Positions 26,401 to 39,048 of a stretch of 64,000 nt of DNA are shown here, in pieces. The number at the start of each line of letters is the position of its first letter. Position 1 is the stretch's first letter. The notes beneath the pieces are model-generated. The model was not told where the DNA came from. It saw only the letters and a list, made by a program, of their open reading frames with translations, and made no database searches. Source of the stretch: Octopus vulgaris (taxonomy: Eukaryota); NCBI GenBank assembly GCA_951406725.2, contig OX597815.1:65162001-65226000 (forward strand), in the 5' to 3' direction. The position numbers and the translations under genes are program-made.

Positions 26401-28874
26401 CAGTAAGCCACCAAAAGACTTCTCAATTTTCAGTCATGTTTTACTACTTACAATGGTGAACTTTTGGGACCTTATAGAATCCATTTATAGGTTAGGTACA
26501 ATACAAAGATAAGAACTAAATTTTTCATCAAAGATAAATGCCAGTGGACAGTTTTTGGAACATTCAGTTCTCAGCTGAAATAAACTATGGTAGACATCAA
26601 GCTATAAACTAACTCTCAACAATTAGCCCATTATTTTTAATTGATTATCACTGCTCAACATGAAAAACAATTTTATTACACAACTACTTGTATAATTTCA
26701 TAAAGTAGCAAAATACAGTGCCAAAAAAGGGATATAACTGTCAAATACCAAATATGAATGAGGCAATAGAGAAATTTACTGTTTCCAAAAAGAAAAAACT
26801 TACAACTTGATCAAACTCAATAAATATAAAGCATATTATTTTATGAAACAAACGAACCTTTACACTGAGTTTTACTACTGTTCTAGTCAATTTCAATAAA
26901 ATAACAGCACAATAAAACAACTCATAAAAAGCAATAATGTATGTGACAATCAATACCAGAATAAGAAAACATTCTACTCAATCCACTAATTATAAACTTA
27001 ATGCTTAATAAAATTAAGAAACAACTCCCTTGACTAAACTGCCCATGGGCTCTATCTGTCTTTTGTTGCTGGGATTTAAAGATTGCTGTCAGACTGCATC
27101 ATCATGGTCTATGTAAAGAGCTTTCTGTGAATTATGCTGTCAATTATGGTGCACCCCACCCCCATAGTTTGGTTTTGTCCTCCACACTTCTCTTCCTATA
27201 TATTAACAACTTTCTTGCTGTCACCTCCAACAATGTTCATCACTCTTCATGCCTCTTTAATCTTCCACACTGAAGTATCATCCACATCCAGTCTAGATAA
27301 CTCATTCCAAACCTGCAGTGATTCCATGAACAAAGACCCTGATAGTGTTCTATAACAGACTGATGACAACAGTCTTTCTCAGTATTGAAAAAAACACAAT
27401 AAGCATCTAGACAGTCCTATAAACAGGTCAAGAAAACTACATTGTATCTCCACTCCCTCTAGACATGAATAAGCAACTAGAACACTCAAGGTCACTACAA
27501 AAATTAAACCTCAACATTATTAAGTATCTCTCTTGGTAGTCATAAATCTTGAACACAGCAAAATCTGACCTTCCTCTTTACACTAAAAAATATATTTCAA
27601 CTTCCAACAAGTAAGATCTATCATATAAAAGTCATGCCTCATGTCTAAGTCGGTGCTGCTGTCACACATACACACATCCTTGACTACACCCAAACAAAGA
27701 CCACCTGACTGATAACACAATCCAACCACTGACTCACAGGTAGCTAATCACATGTTACTTCTGACTCACTCACCTTTCCTCCTCTCACACCTGTATTGTG
27801 ATAATTCCCACTCCACCCCAGTTTCCACACTATTTTACCCAGTCCTTCTCCAGAACGTCAGCCCTCTGGAATACCTCCATAGCCATGTTTTTCTCGAAGC
27901 ATTAACCACATCAGTCTTACCAGTCATGGTGCAAAATCATGAGCATAATCCTTAGCTCCAAACTAAGCCATTAGAAATGTAATAGTTAGATTGCATCTTG
28001 ACTTTTTAATCAAACTCCTCAAATGAGGTATAACAACAGCCCAATGAATAAGGTTTAGGTTTCATGAGTATTGAAAATTAAGTGTTGTGTATGTGAGCAG
28101 AACTTGCTTCACTTAGGTATCAGGACAGATCTTCTTGGAAATTTACTTGTGACTGATTAAATACATGGCATTAAACCTATCAATGGTAACAAAAAAAAGT
28201 TATTACAGTCACTGATAAAATATAGTTAAACTTTGAAACATACATAAACGTGTAAAAATTCATCCCTATTTTGGGGAAACAAGCTGTAACTATATTACAT
28301 TAATCAATGAAGTTTGTTATTAGCACAAAATATTAATTTTATAAGTGAAACTTAAGTGCTTATCAACATTGGCTAGCAACTACTGACAATTTCTGCACTT
28401 ACTTTTTTGCTCCTACACTTACACTGATGTTTTGTAGTAGCTTTTGCTTCTGTAGTTTCAAGAAAAAATTTCGAACTATTATTAATCACATCTTGCACTG
28501 CCTGTATTATTAAAACTATTACTTAATTCATTCCATTATCAAAATTTGTTTGACAATTTTAGAGCTTTACATTGTAGCTGTTATGTACTAAATTCTGTGT
28601 CAGAAAAAGACTGAGGAGTCAGTACACAAAGTCTTAGATTCTGACTCTTCAATTTATGGTACCATCAACTCCTCTGTTTGTAATTAATTTAATTGAAAAC
28701 TAATTGAAAACACATAACATATATGGCAAATGTGAATCATCCAGCTGCTTCTTAATATCCTAACCTATTACAGTTTGAATTTGAAAGTTTCAGCTCCACT
28801 GTTGTGGCTTTTCTTATATAATTAAAAGTGTATCGTAATTTGCTTGAAGCATTGTAATATGTAAATGATATAAA

Positions 28875-29218
28875 TTAAGCAATAAAGATAAGAACTTAGG
28901 CAAGATATGTGGGATGATACCAATAAATAAAGACAAAGACAAGATATTGTATTATCTTACACAGATTAAAACATTTACTATATTTCGGGAAAGATACCCC
29001 TTATCAATTATAAGCTAGGAAAATAATCCAAGAATTCAGAGAGAAAGTGTTGTTATAAGAAGCCTGTTCTAGTGTGTTGATAAGGAGAATCTTTCTTAAA
29101 ATAGAATAGAAACATTAAACAACAAAAACATATATAAGGTAACACAGTATGTTGTTTTGTCTTTATTTATAGGCATCACCACACATATTTTGCCTAACTT
29201 CTCACTTGCATTGCTTAA
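28875..29218. mobile_element. Foldback element (arms about 28875-29007 and 29077-29218) with hammerhead-like motifs at the inner ends
   Basis: ttaagcaat...ttaggcaagatatgt...ataaataaagacaaa is mirrored by tttgtctttatttat...acatattttgcctaa...attgcttaa. Minus arm: UUGAUAA-GGGG-uaucuu-UCCC-GAAA-UAUA. Plus arm: TTGATAAggagaatctttcttaaaa. Confidence 0.6.
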
Positions 29219-30152
29219 TATTTCTGTCATTATTGATTAAAATTTAATATCATGTACAACATGAACCTGCAAAGCACCATACCAGTCAGTCAGTTCTATA
29301 TTGCATGAAACCAAAAATCAAACCACCTTTGCTTACATTTGTTTTAAAAGAAGTTATGAACCCTTTAATCTAAAGGAGAAAACTTTAATCCCTTTATCTA
29401 TCATTTCTTTACATTCTGTAACTACTATTATTAAAACTGATCTCTGTGTTACTGAACACATTTTCCCCCCAACACAAAAACTGGTGTGCATGCTTGGGAG
29501 GGTGAAACTCAGTTTCCCTGTAAATTTCATAATGAAAAAAATGTAAAAAGGTCAAGGAAAAACCTTTCATTTGTGATTTTTATATATCCATATATCTATC
29601 CCTAATTACATTTAAATTAACATCCTTTTCATTAGTATTTTGAGTATATCAGTTTTGATTTATCATTTAGTAATTAATTAGCAACCTCACATGCACAACA
29701 TTATTAATACAAACAGATATTTACATAAAAAAAAAAAAACACTAATCCTTTTCTGCAAACTGCCAATTCGCAATAATCTCACCACAAGTAAAGAGACTAT
29801 AAACAAACACTGCCTTTAGGTATTTCTGCAATCAGCACAAGACTGATTAAAAAAACTTTTAGAAAGACTGATTTAGAAAACTTTCAACAATATATTAAAT
29901 GCTAAATAACTTAGAAACAATTACAGGATAAGACAAAACTTTATGGAATTAAGAAAGAGGCTGTGTTTATCAAAAGCTACCAAGTAAAAAAGACATAAAA
30001 ATAAAAAAACTGTAAAAATACAAAAAATCAGGAACATCTGTTTACCACTTCGAAAATCTAAAATACAAAGTTAAAACCAGAAGACTAAACACCTGAAGCA
30101 ACTTAAAAGACGACCATTTAAACATTTTTCAAAAATCAAATATATAACCCTA

Positions 30153-30633
30153 ACTATTCTATATTTTTGAGATGAGGAATTATGTACATTATTTAGAATG
30201 GATGGATAGGTTGTCCTTGCCTTGTTTGTTGTTATCACAACATTTCAGCTGATGTACTTTCCAGCCTTCATCAGGTGTTCTGGTGGAATTTCAAACTCAA
30301 CCCCTTATTTGACTAATGGGGTACACTGTTCTCATTCCTAAGGTATGTTGCTGAGCCCACGCTCTTATCCACACAGGCATATAGTGTAGTGGATAAGAGC
30401 ACAGGCTACTCACCCTCGGATTCAAAGTTAAATCCTAGGCAGGAACTTGAAAAATAATATCAGCAATATACCTTAAGAATGAGAACAGTGTATCCCATAA
30501 AACAAATAAAGGGCTGGGTTCAAAATTCCATCAGAACACTCGAGGAAGGCTGGAGAGTACATCAGCCAAAACATTGTGGTAACAACAAACAAAGTGAGGA
30601 CACCTATCTGTCATTTGTAAATAATGTTTATAA
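30153..30633. mobile_element. Foldback element with tRNA-like head and hammerhead-like motifs in both arms (Penelope-like termini)
   Basis: Inverted arms 30181-30354 and 30460-30633. A-box TAGTGTAGTGG at 30382-30392 and B-box-like GTTAAATCC at 30427-30435. Minus arm AACAC-CUGAUGA-A-GGCUG...CAGCU-GAAA-UGUU-GUG. Confidence 0.72.
30234..30279 (-). ncRNA. Minimal type I hammerhead ribozyme motif (partly decayed)
   Basis: Intact CUGAUGA and GAAA boxes, 5-bp stem II, stem I CAC/GUG. Stem III AUGU is probably a CpG-decayed ACGU palindrome. A more decayed copy lies on + at 30535-30580. Confidence 0.55.
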
Positions 30634-31133
30634 CCCATGACCAGACATGTTTGCACAAATTATTAGAAAGGAACAAAATTGCTTGTATGACAATGGCACT
30701 CAATTACAACTATCACACTATGTCAAGACAAAGAGACACAAACATATACACACTCACTAACTCTTAAACACATACATACATCAATTTAATGTCATCCTTC
30801 CATGCTGGTATAGGTTGGACAATTTGACAGGAGCAGGTAAGTCAGGAGACTGCACCAAGTTCTTATATATATGTACACATGCGTATACAAAGGTCTTCTT
30901 TCAATTTCTGTCTACCAAGTCCATTCACAAAGTTTTGGTCAGCTCATGGCTGTAGTAAAAGACACTTGCCCTAGGTACTATAGAGAGACTGAACCTGAAG
31001 CTATGTGGCAAACTTTTTAACCACACAGCTATGCCTGCGCTTTTGGATAAAAAGAAACAAAAAGAATTTTGCAACAATGACTGAAAATAAGAATTTTGAA
31101 GGAAGATTTAATGCTGTACTATGTAGAAGCCTT
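30634..31133. repeat. Inverted duplication, left arm (500 bp)
   Basis: Reverse complement of 32079-32578. Only two mismatches found (30848/32364 and 30860/32352). Confidence 0.95.
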
Positions 31134-32078
31134 CTCTTGATTAAAGCATTGCTCAAATATAAGATGAAAGAAAAATATGAAAGATTACGAATAGAGAAAA
31201 AGTTTTAAAAGCTTATGCCTACAAGATTAAAAAAGAAAAAAAATTGTATCTATTGTTTCGCAGTTAAATCCAAAATTTATTAACATCTTGTTCTGAGAAA
31301 CAAAATTACTTCTTGTAGACTTTCCATCATAGAAGCTCTTACTTCTCTGATTTGATTTTCAAATTAGTATCTAGGAAATTGGAAATTGTAACATTTTACA
31401 TTTAATTGGCGTCAGAACATTTTTACTGGTTCCAGCTCCACAACTCTGTACATAATACTAATTAGTTAAGAAAGTTCATAAAATTTACAATGTTTCTATG
31501 CATCAAGGAGAGATGGATTCAAATATTTCTCAGCAGGGCCCTTCATAGCAGAAGGGTTGACTCCCAAGGGATGATAAATAGGTCACTGCTATATGATGCA
31601 TTACTATTGCAGCAGTAGAGGTAACACAGTTAAGATGTTGAAGTGTTCATAGCTCTTGAGTTTATATCTTACTGAAGGTGTATGGCCCTAGCTCATCTAG
31701 CTGTTAGCAATTGGTACCAGATCATATAAGAATATTACCTACAATAGATCAGCATCCTGTCTATTGTAGGTAACATCTGTTTCATGTTAAACTATAGCCA
31801 TTAAGCTACTCTACCTTTAAGAGGCATTTATATTTTACACTTTATTTACAATACCTTTAATGCATACACTTATCAACACTACTTGGCAACTATTAGTAGT
31901 GTAGTATCTAATATCTATGATAGAGCTCTTTCCTTAAAGTATTACTGTTTTAAAAATTATAAGAAGTGGGGGAAAAAATTAAATAAAATCTAAAGTTGTT
32001 GATTGCAGCAAATGCATTAGTCTTATGAAAGTTATACAGTTGCTGATATTTATTATTTAAAATACATTACTTAACAAA

Positions 32079-32578
32079 AAGGCTTCTACATAGTACAGCA
32101 TTAAATCTTCCTTCAAAATTCTTATTTTCAGTCATTGTTGCAAAATTCTTTTTGTTTCTTTTTATCCAAAAGCGCAGGCATAGCTGTGTGGTTAAAAAGT
32201 TTGCCACATAGCTTCAGGTTCAGTCTCTCTATAGTACCTAGGGCAAGTGTCTTTTACTACAGCCATGAGCTGACCAAAACTTTGTGAATGGACTTGGTAG
32301 ACAGAAATTGAAAGAAGACCTTTGTATACGCATGTGTACATATATATAAGAGCTTGGTGCAGTTTCCTGACTTACCTGCTCCTGTCAAATTGTCCAACCT
32401 ATACCAGCATGGAAGGATGACATTAAATTGATGTATGTATGTGTTTAAGAGTTAGTGAGTGTGTATATGTTTGTGTCTCTTTGTCTTGACATAGTGTGAT
32501 AGTTGTAATTGAGTGCCATTGTCATACAAGCAATTTTGTTCCTTTCTAATAATTTGTGCAAACATGTCTGGTCATGGG
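32079..32578. repeat. Inverted duplication, right arm (probable source copy)
   Basis: The SINE it contains continues uninterrupted to about 32710, whereas the left copy is cut at 30634. Confidence 0.93.
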
Positions 32579-33649
32579 CAAAATATTGCCTTAGTTGGGA
32601 ACAGGTATGGGTTAATGACAGGAAAGGGCATCCAGCCATAGAAAATCTGCTTCAATAAACTGTTCAAGGCATGCAAGCATGCAAAAGTAGATGTTAAAAT
32701 GATAATAATGATGTTGGTTTCAATGATAAGTAATTTAATAGCATGATCAACTGGACTACCTGTTTCTGGCACTGCAAGTAGCTGAGTACTGTAACGTAGT
32801 CTCCATACAGAACCAATGTAGCACTATGACAAAGCTGGTTCTTTCAGTGAGATGTTACAGATCATCTTAAAGGCTTCTATGCAGCTTCTGTAAACTCAGT
32901 TTCACCCATAAAGCTTGTATCAACCCAAAGCTATGATAAAAGATAACCGACACAAAAAATCATGCAATTGGACCAAAGCCAAGACCAGATAATTGTGAAG
33001 TGAACTTCGTAACCATCAATCATGCCTGTGCCCATTGCTAAGGCATATAATTGCTTAACAAACAAGATAGGTAAAGCAAAAAAAGCTGAAGAGATAAGAT
33101 TAGAAAACTAACAAAATTATATAAATGACATTTTAATTGGCTGTCTCCTGACAAATTTGTCTTGTCACAGTTATCCATTTACTAACTCAAGTTGCTAACT
33201 CCAATAATGTGTTATGCTTGATTAAAATTATCAATTAGCAACATCTATAATCATAAATTAATATTTTGCCACTGAAATATTTAAAATTGCTAATTATTCT
33301 AATTATTTTGCTTCTAAGAGTAAACACACAATAGGAGAAATAATAAAACAGTGAAAATTTGCTAACAAGATGTTTCAACTACTATAATGGTTGGCAAGAA
33401 AATAGTATTTTGCATAAAAAATTTAACAAAAGATTGTGTGAAACTGGAAAGTAATAAATGCACATTTATGCAGTTAACTACAGGCATAGTTGTAGCTGTA
33501 TAGTTAACAAACCTGCTTCCCAATAGGTTTAGTTCCACTGTGAAGCACCTAGCCCTATGATGACCAAGGTCTTGTAAGCAAATTTGATAGACAGTAGCTG
33601 AAAGAGGTGTATGCGTGTGTATCTGCCTAGATTTATTAATATCTCATCA

Positions 33650-35645
33650 GTATCATCAATTAACATGTTTTCCATGGTGGCATGGGATGGTTTGACAGGA
33701 GCTAGTAGGGCCAAGAGCCACACCAAACTCTGTCAGCTTTGACATGGTTTCTAAGGTTGGATGCCCTTCCTATTGCCAACCATTATACAGGCTATTACTG
33801 AATGCTCTTCAAGTGGAACCAGCACCATCAGGTTACCAAGTACCTTGCAAGACAAAACCCCTCAGCTGGGTGGAGAGAATAGTATTGGGGGAGGGGGCTT
33901 TGTGACAATTGATGATAGATGAAAAGTATAGAGGGAGAGGGATAGGTGTCTTGTTGTAGAGTAGACATGGATACCCCAGTTGGAAAAGAAAGAAAGGGGA
34001 CTTAGAGAATATTATAAAGAGAGAAGGTGAGTCAGAGAGTAAAATAAAAAGAGTAATAATGAAAGAGATGGTGGTAAAGATGTGTCAGGACATGCCCTCA
34101 AGAGACACTGGAGGTTTGAACTTGGTGAGAAGGCAAATGAGGGAGTTAAATATAGGACAGGTATGTGGACAGGAGTTGCAGTAGATATGTGACAACATAT
34201 AATTGAGGTGTTAACCACACAAGGGAGAGAAGGCACAGAAAAGTAGTGATAGGTAGAAACAGTAGGTAAAGGGAAGATAATGGGAAATGGAAGTGGCTCA
34301 GGGTGGGAAAGGAAGGTAACTTAGAAAGCAGCGGGGAGTAGTATGTGCCTATTCTGCTCTCAGATGATAGAGAATTGATAAGTGTTAGAGGATGAAATGA
34401 GTAGGGGAAATGATTGACAGGGCAGAGAGGAAGTAGGTAGGTATAGGGAAGAGCCCCTCACAGACAAGCATTACCAAGATGATTTTAGGATATCAATTCT
34501 GCTTCAATGGACAGGTTTTCTTGAGTACAGCAAGGGGTGAGCTATCTCAGTCCTTCATTATTTCCTTTGTAAGGCTTGGTGCCTTGAGATCAGCCTTCAA
34601 TCTTTGTCCCATGTCTTCCTGAGTCGCCTTCTTCCACAAGTTCCTTCCACCTTAAGTGATGGGCACTTTTTTTATGCAACTGTTCACATCCATATACATC
34701 TATGACCAAACCAGCATAGTCTTCTTTGCACACTATATCTAATTCCTCTTATGCCTAATTTTTCTCATAATACACTAGTGCTTTGTCACACAAATACACT
34801 GACATTGCACATCCAGTGGAGCATACTAACTCCATTTCTCTCTAGTCTTCACACATCCTCTGCATTCAGGGCCCATGTCTCACTACCATGTAGCATTGCT
34901 GTTCGTACACCTGTATCATACAATCTTCCTTTCGCTCACAGATAGATCTTTGATTGCCAACAGAGGTAAAAGCTCACTGAATTTTCTCCAACCCATTTTT
35001 ATTCTATCATTTACACTTTCTGTACATCTTCTTCCACAGTTAATTAGGTCTCCTAAGTAGTAGAAATTATTCACTACCTCTAGGAAGGCTCCAGGGCATT
35101 TAAGAAAATCAATTTCCTGTGGTTCTTGTGCGTCTTCTCCATACAAACACTACTTTCTCTTAACTTTTCTATTATTACACTGCACCTCTTGTACGCATAG
35201 CTTGCACCATATGGAATTCCTACATATTGAACAAAGCCATTTACTTGAAGTGGATAGGATCCTGTCTTTTCTTTCTCACTAGAACCTAGGTTTTTGCTAA
35301 GTTAACAGTGAGGACCTTTAATTTCAGGTTTTGCTTTAACACCTGGAATTTCTTCACCAGTTCTGTTACAGAATCTACTGTGAGAGCAAGATCATCAGCA
35401 CAGAGCAATTCACAGAAGCAGCCAATCTTGAATTCTTTCATTATGGCCTGGAGGACAATAATGAATAGGAGAGGGCTGAGAACCAAACTTTGATGAATGC
35501 CTACATATATGCTAAATGGTTGTACAAATGGTTAACTTTCACCTTACAGACAGAACCTTTGTTTATGGCCTCTACACCTTTCACAAGTCACTCATTCATT
35601 TACCCCTAGCTTCCTTAGAGCCCACCTTATCACACCGAAGGGTAC
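33650..35645 (-). mobile_element. Degenerate RTE LINE with purine-rich 3' region
   Basis: VLSPLLFIIVLQAI, ELLCADDLAL, LEVVNNFYYLGD and GWRKFSELLPLL, with many stops. Confidence 0.8.
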
Positions 35646-37758
35646 TCTGTCAAAATACCATGTACACTGGTTTATTCTGTTGTCTGACTATAAAGATAAT
35701 GTCAGTAGTACAAAACCAAACTGCATTTCATCTAGTCTGATTTTGTTCCTAATTAATTGGGCTGTAACTCTCTCTGTATATATATACATCACATGATGTT
35801 TGTAAATGAGCATCATTTGTCACATAGGTTATGTTGTTTCCTTTCTTTTGTGGAAAATATTACCTTGCTTGGAAACAGATGAGAGTTGGCAACATGAAGG
35901 GCATCCAACTGCAGAAAATCGGCCTCAACAAACTGTCTGACTTATGCAAGCAAAGAAAAGTCAAAGTTAAATGATGATATGAAAGTGTATGTTCAAAGTA
36001 TAATTTTTAAGAAAAAAACATATTTTAAAGAACAAATAAAAATTATTTAAACACATTTTATTTTTAGTAAACTGTTGAGATTTAACTAGAGAAAATTAAT
36101 AAATAAACTAAAAACAAATTGTTACCCAATACAACACACATTCACATTAATTCATCTATATTTAAATGTATGACATATGTTAGCTTCACATTTCATACAA
36201 TGTATCAAAGATTCATTGATTTAATTTCATCAACTGAAATATTTGTGATTTGAAATGTTAAATGAAACCTTAAACAAAAGATACTAGTATAAAAGTGGGT
36301 ATGAAGAGATGAGATGAGTACCGTACAGTTTGCTGTGATCATAAGTATTGTCTTTGCATTTAATTTTATTGATGAAGCTTTAACAACTTAAATTCCAAAA
36401 TAAAATGTTCTTGAAATTAAAATGGTCTTAGTTTTGTTTTGTAATTTAAGTGAAAATAGTTTATAGAATGTTCTCTTCTTATAAGTCAGAAACTGCTTGT
36501 CTTAAGAAAAAGAAACCTGGTTATATATCAATTATATGCCCCATGGTGATGACACCAAGAGAAACAAAAACATTTAAAACCATCAAGTGAAACTTAGAGA
36601 GGTAATGAGATTATAAATTTTGATATAGAACCAGCAATTTTAGAGGGAAGGCTGGATGATTATATAACCTTAGTGTTCAACCCCAGAAGGATGAAAGGCA
36701 AAGTTGACCAGAGCAGCATTTGAACTCAAACATATAGAGACAAAAGAAATATCGCTAAACATTTTGTCCAACACAATAACAATTCAGCCAATTCCCTGCC
36801 CTATAGATAAGTTATAAGAAAATATGATGGGAAACAATGATATGACCTGGTAAATGTGTAAACCAAAGTGAATACCAGAGAAATGGCATAACTAAGGATA
36901 ATGACTGTTAGAAAGTATATTCACCATGTAGTCCAGTATCGCAAGTATAAGAAAGGCGGCAATAAAACATAATAGCACATGTTTTTAGCTAAAACTTTTA
37001 ATTAATCATATATTGTACAATTACTGATATGATTTGCTGAAACTGTTGCACTCACTTCAGTTGCAAGATCTAATCAACAAGCAATTGTTTCTTTTTTACA
37101 GCACCCAACAGCAATCCTGCTTTTCAATATTCTGTTATTCCTTTACTTAATTCAAGTCAGTGGCTTATTCTAATGACCACTTTTTACCAAATTGCTAAAT
37201 TACAAGGTAGTAAACAAAACAGCACTGGTTGCCAAGCAATGAGAAACAAATACAAATATGAGCGCGTGAGCGCACGCACACACACACAGTATCATCATCA
37301 TTTTAATGTCCATTTTCCTATGCTTGCTTTCTTCAAACGAAACTCCAGGAAGACAGCTTTTTCTATGCGCAGATGTTCTCTCAGTTGCCAACCCTCATTT
37401 GTTTCCAAGTAAAATACTATTTCCCCTTGTCTTCTGAGTAGTGAACAGCTTAATGGCTAGACAAGTTTTCACAGAAAATTAGAAACAAGTGACACCAACT
37501 TTGTATGACAGAGACTTTATTCACAATCAGCATGCTAATATCAAGACAATAAATACACTCACACATATACATGTGATGGGCTTCTTAAGTTTGTCTTCTA
37601 GATTTCACTCAAAAGGCACTGGTCAACAGCATAAGACACCAACAAAAAGTGTCAGGCAATGGAAATGAATCATAAGCCATATTGTTCCAAAGCAGACTTT
37701 TTAACTATACAGCCATGCCAGTGTGGAAAAAGGAATGTTAAATAATTTTAAATATGCA

Positions 37759-39048
37759 CGAGGGACGTTCAATAAGTAATGCCTCTGACCCACTTCCAGT
37801 TGTTTGATCTAGCTGAAATTTTGCATGTGCAATCATTTATATCTCTATAGAGTAAGTGGCAAATTACAGCTCTGAATTAATTGTGGTTTCTGATTTACAT
37901 GTGTTTGAACCGAGTCAAGTGTGAAATGGAGCCTGTTGAGTGTCAAGCAGTGATCCGGTTTTTGTATTTGAAAGGACGCACACCAGGGGAGACTTTTGAT
38001 GAAATGAAAGTAACTTATGGTGATGATGCCCCATCATATGACCTTGTAAAACGCTGGCATCGTGAATTCAAACATGGTCGGAACTCTGTGGAAACAGCTC
38101 CCAGATCTGGTCGCCCCCTTCTGCCACTGATGAGGCATCTGTCCGTCAAGTTGAGGCTGCCATTTTGGAAGATCGATGCATAATTATTCGCCAAATAGCC
38201 CATGAGGTCAAGATTAGTACCGGGTCTGTAGAAACTATCATTCATGACCATTTGCATATGCAAAAGGTGTCTGCCAGATGGATTCCCAGGTTGCTCACGC
38301 CTTTCCAGAAGCAAGAACACGTCGAGTGCTCGAGGGTGAATTTGGAGATGTGCCAAGAAGACAAGTCAAAATTTTTCAAAAGACTGATTACACAGGATGA
38401 AACCTGGGTCCATCACGATGATCCAGAGACCAAAGCCCAGTCAATGCAGTGGAAGCACCGTGACTCACCCCCTCCAAAGAAGGCAAGGGTGCAGCCCTCC
38501 GCTGGCAAGGTCATGCTCACAGTCTTCTGGGACCAGGACGGAGTAGTGATGACAGATTTCCTGGCAAAGGGTACCACAATTGCAGGAGCCTATTATGCTT
38601 CACTTTTGAGGAAATTAAGAGAAGTTATCAAAATTAAGAGGCGGGGCAAGATCAGCAAAGGCATCCTCCTCCTGCAGGACAACGCTCCGGTCCACAACTC
38701 GCCTGTCGCCAGATCAGAAGCACAGGCGTATGGCTATGAACTCCTCCCCATCCCCCTACTTTCCTGACCTTGCACCCTCTGATTTTCACCTCTTCCCAAT
38801 CATGAAGTTGTTTTTGAAAGGAAAGCGTTTCCCAGATGATACAGCCTTGATTTCTGAAGTCACGTTGAGGTTGGAGGACCAAGCTGGGTTCTTCTACAAA
38901 AACGATCTCCAGAGCCGCATCAAACGATGGGAGAAATGCGTAACTCTGGGTGGTTCCTATGTAGAAAAAGACTAATAACTGTGCCAAGTTTCGTTGCTCT
39001 ACTGCTATGGGAAGTGGGTCAGGGGCATTACTTATTGAACGCCCCTCG
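37759..39048 (+). mobile_element. mariner (DD34D) DNA transposon, full length, transposase about 37926-38975 with two frameshifts
   Basis: 39-bp TIRs CGAGGGRCGTTCAATAAGTAATGCCYCTGACCCACTTCC. TA at right end, CA (mutated TA) at left. WIPRLL, TQDETWVH, LQDNAPVH and YFPDLAPSDF motifs. Confidence 0.95.

Noticed and set aside
27100-27955. Possible CR1/L2-group LINE remnant
   Set aside because: Only C-rich composition and vague similarity; no convincing RT motif.
28609-28645. CUGAGGA-GUC hammerhead-like start
   Set aside because: No GAAA box follows. It is just a small GACT/AGTC hairpin.
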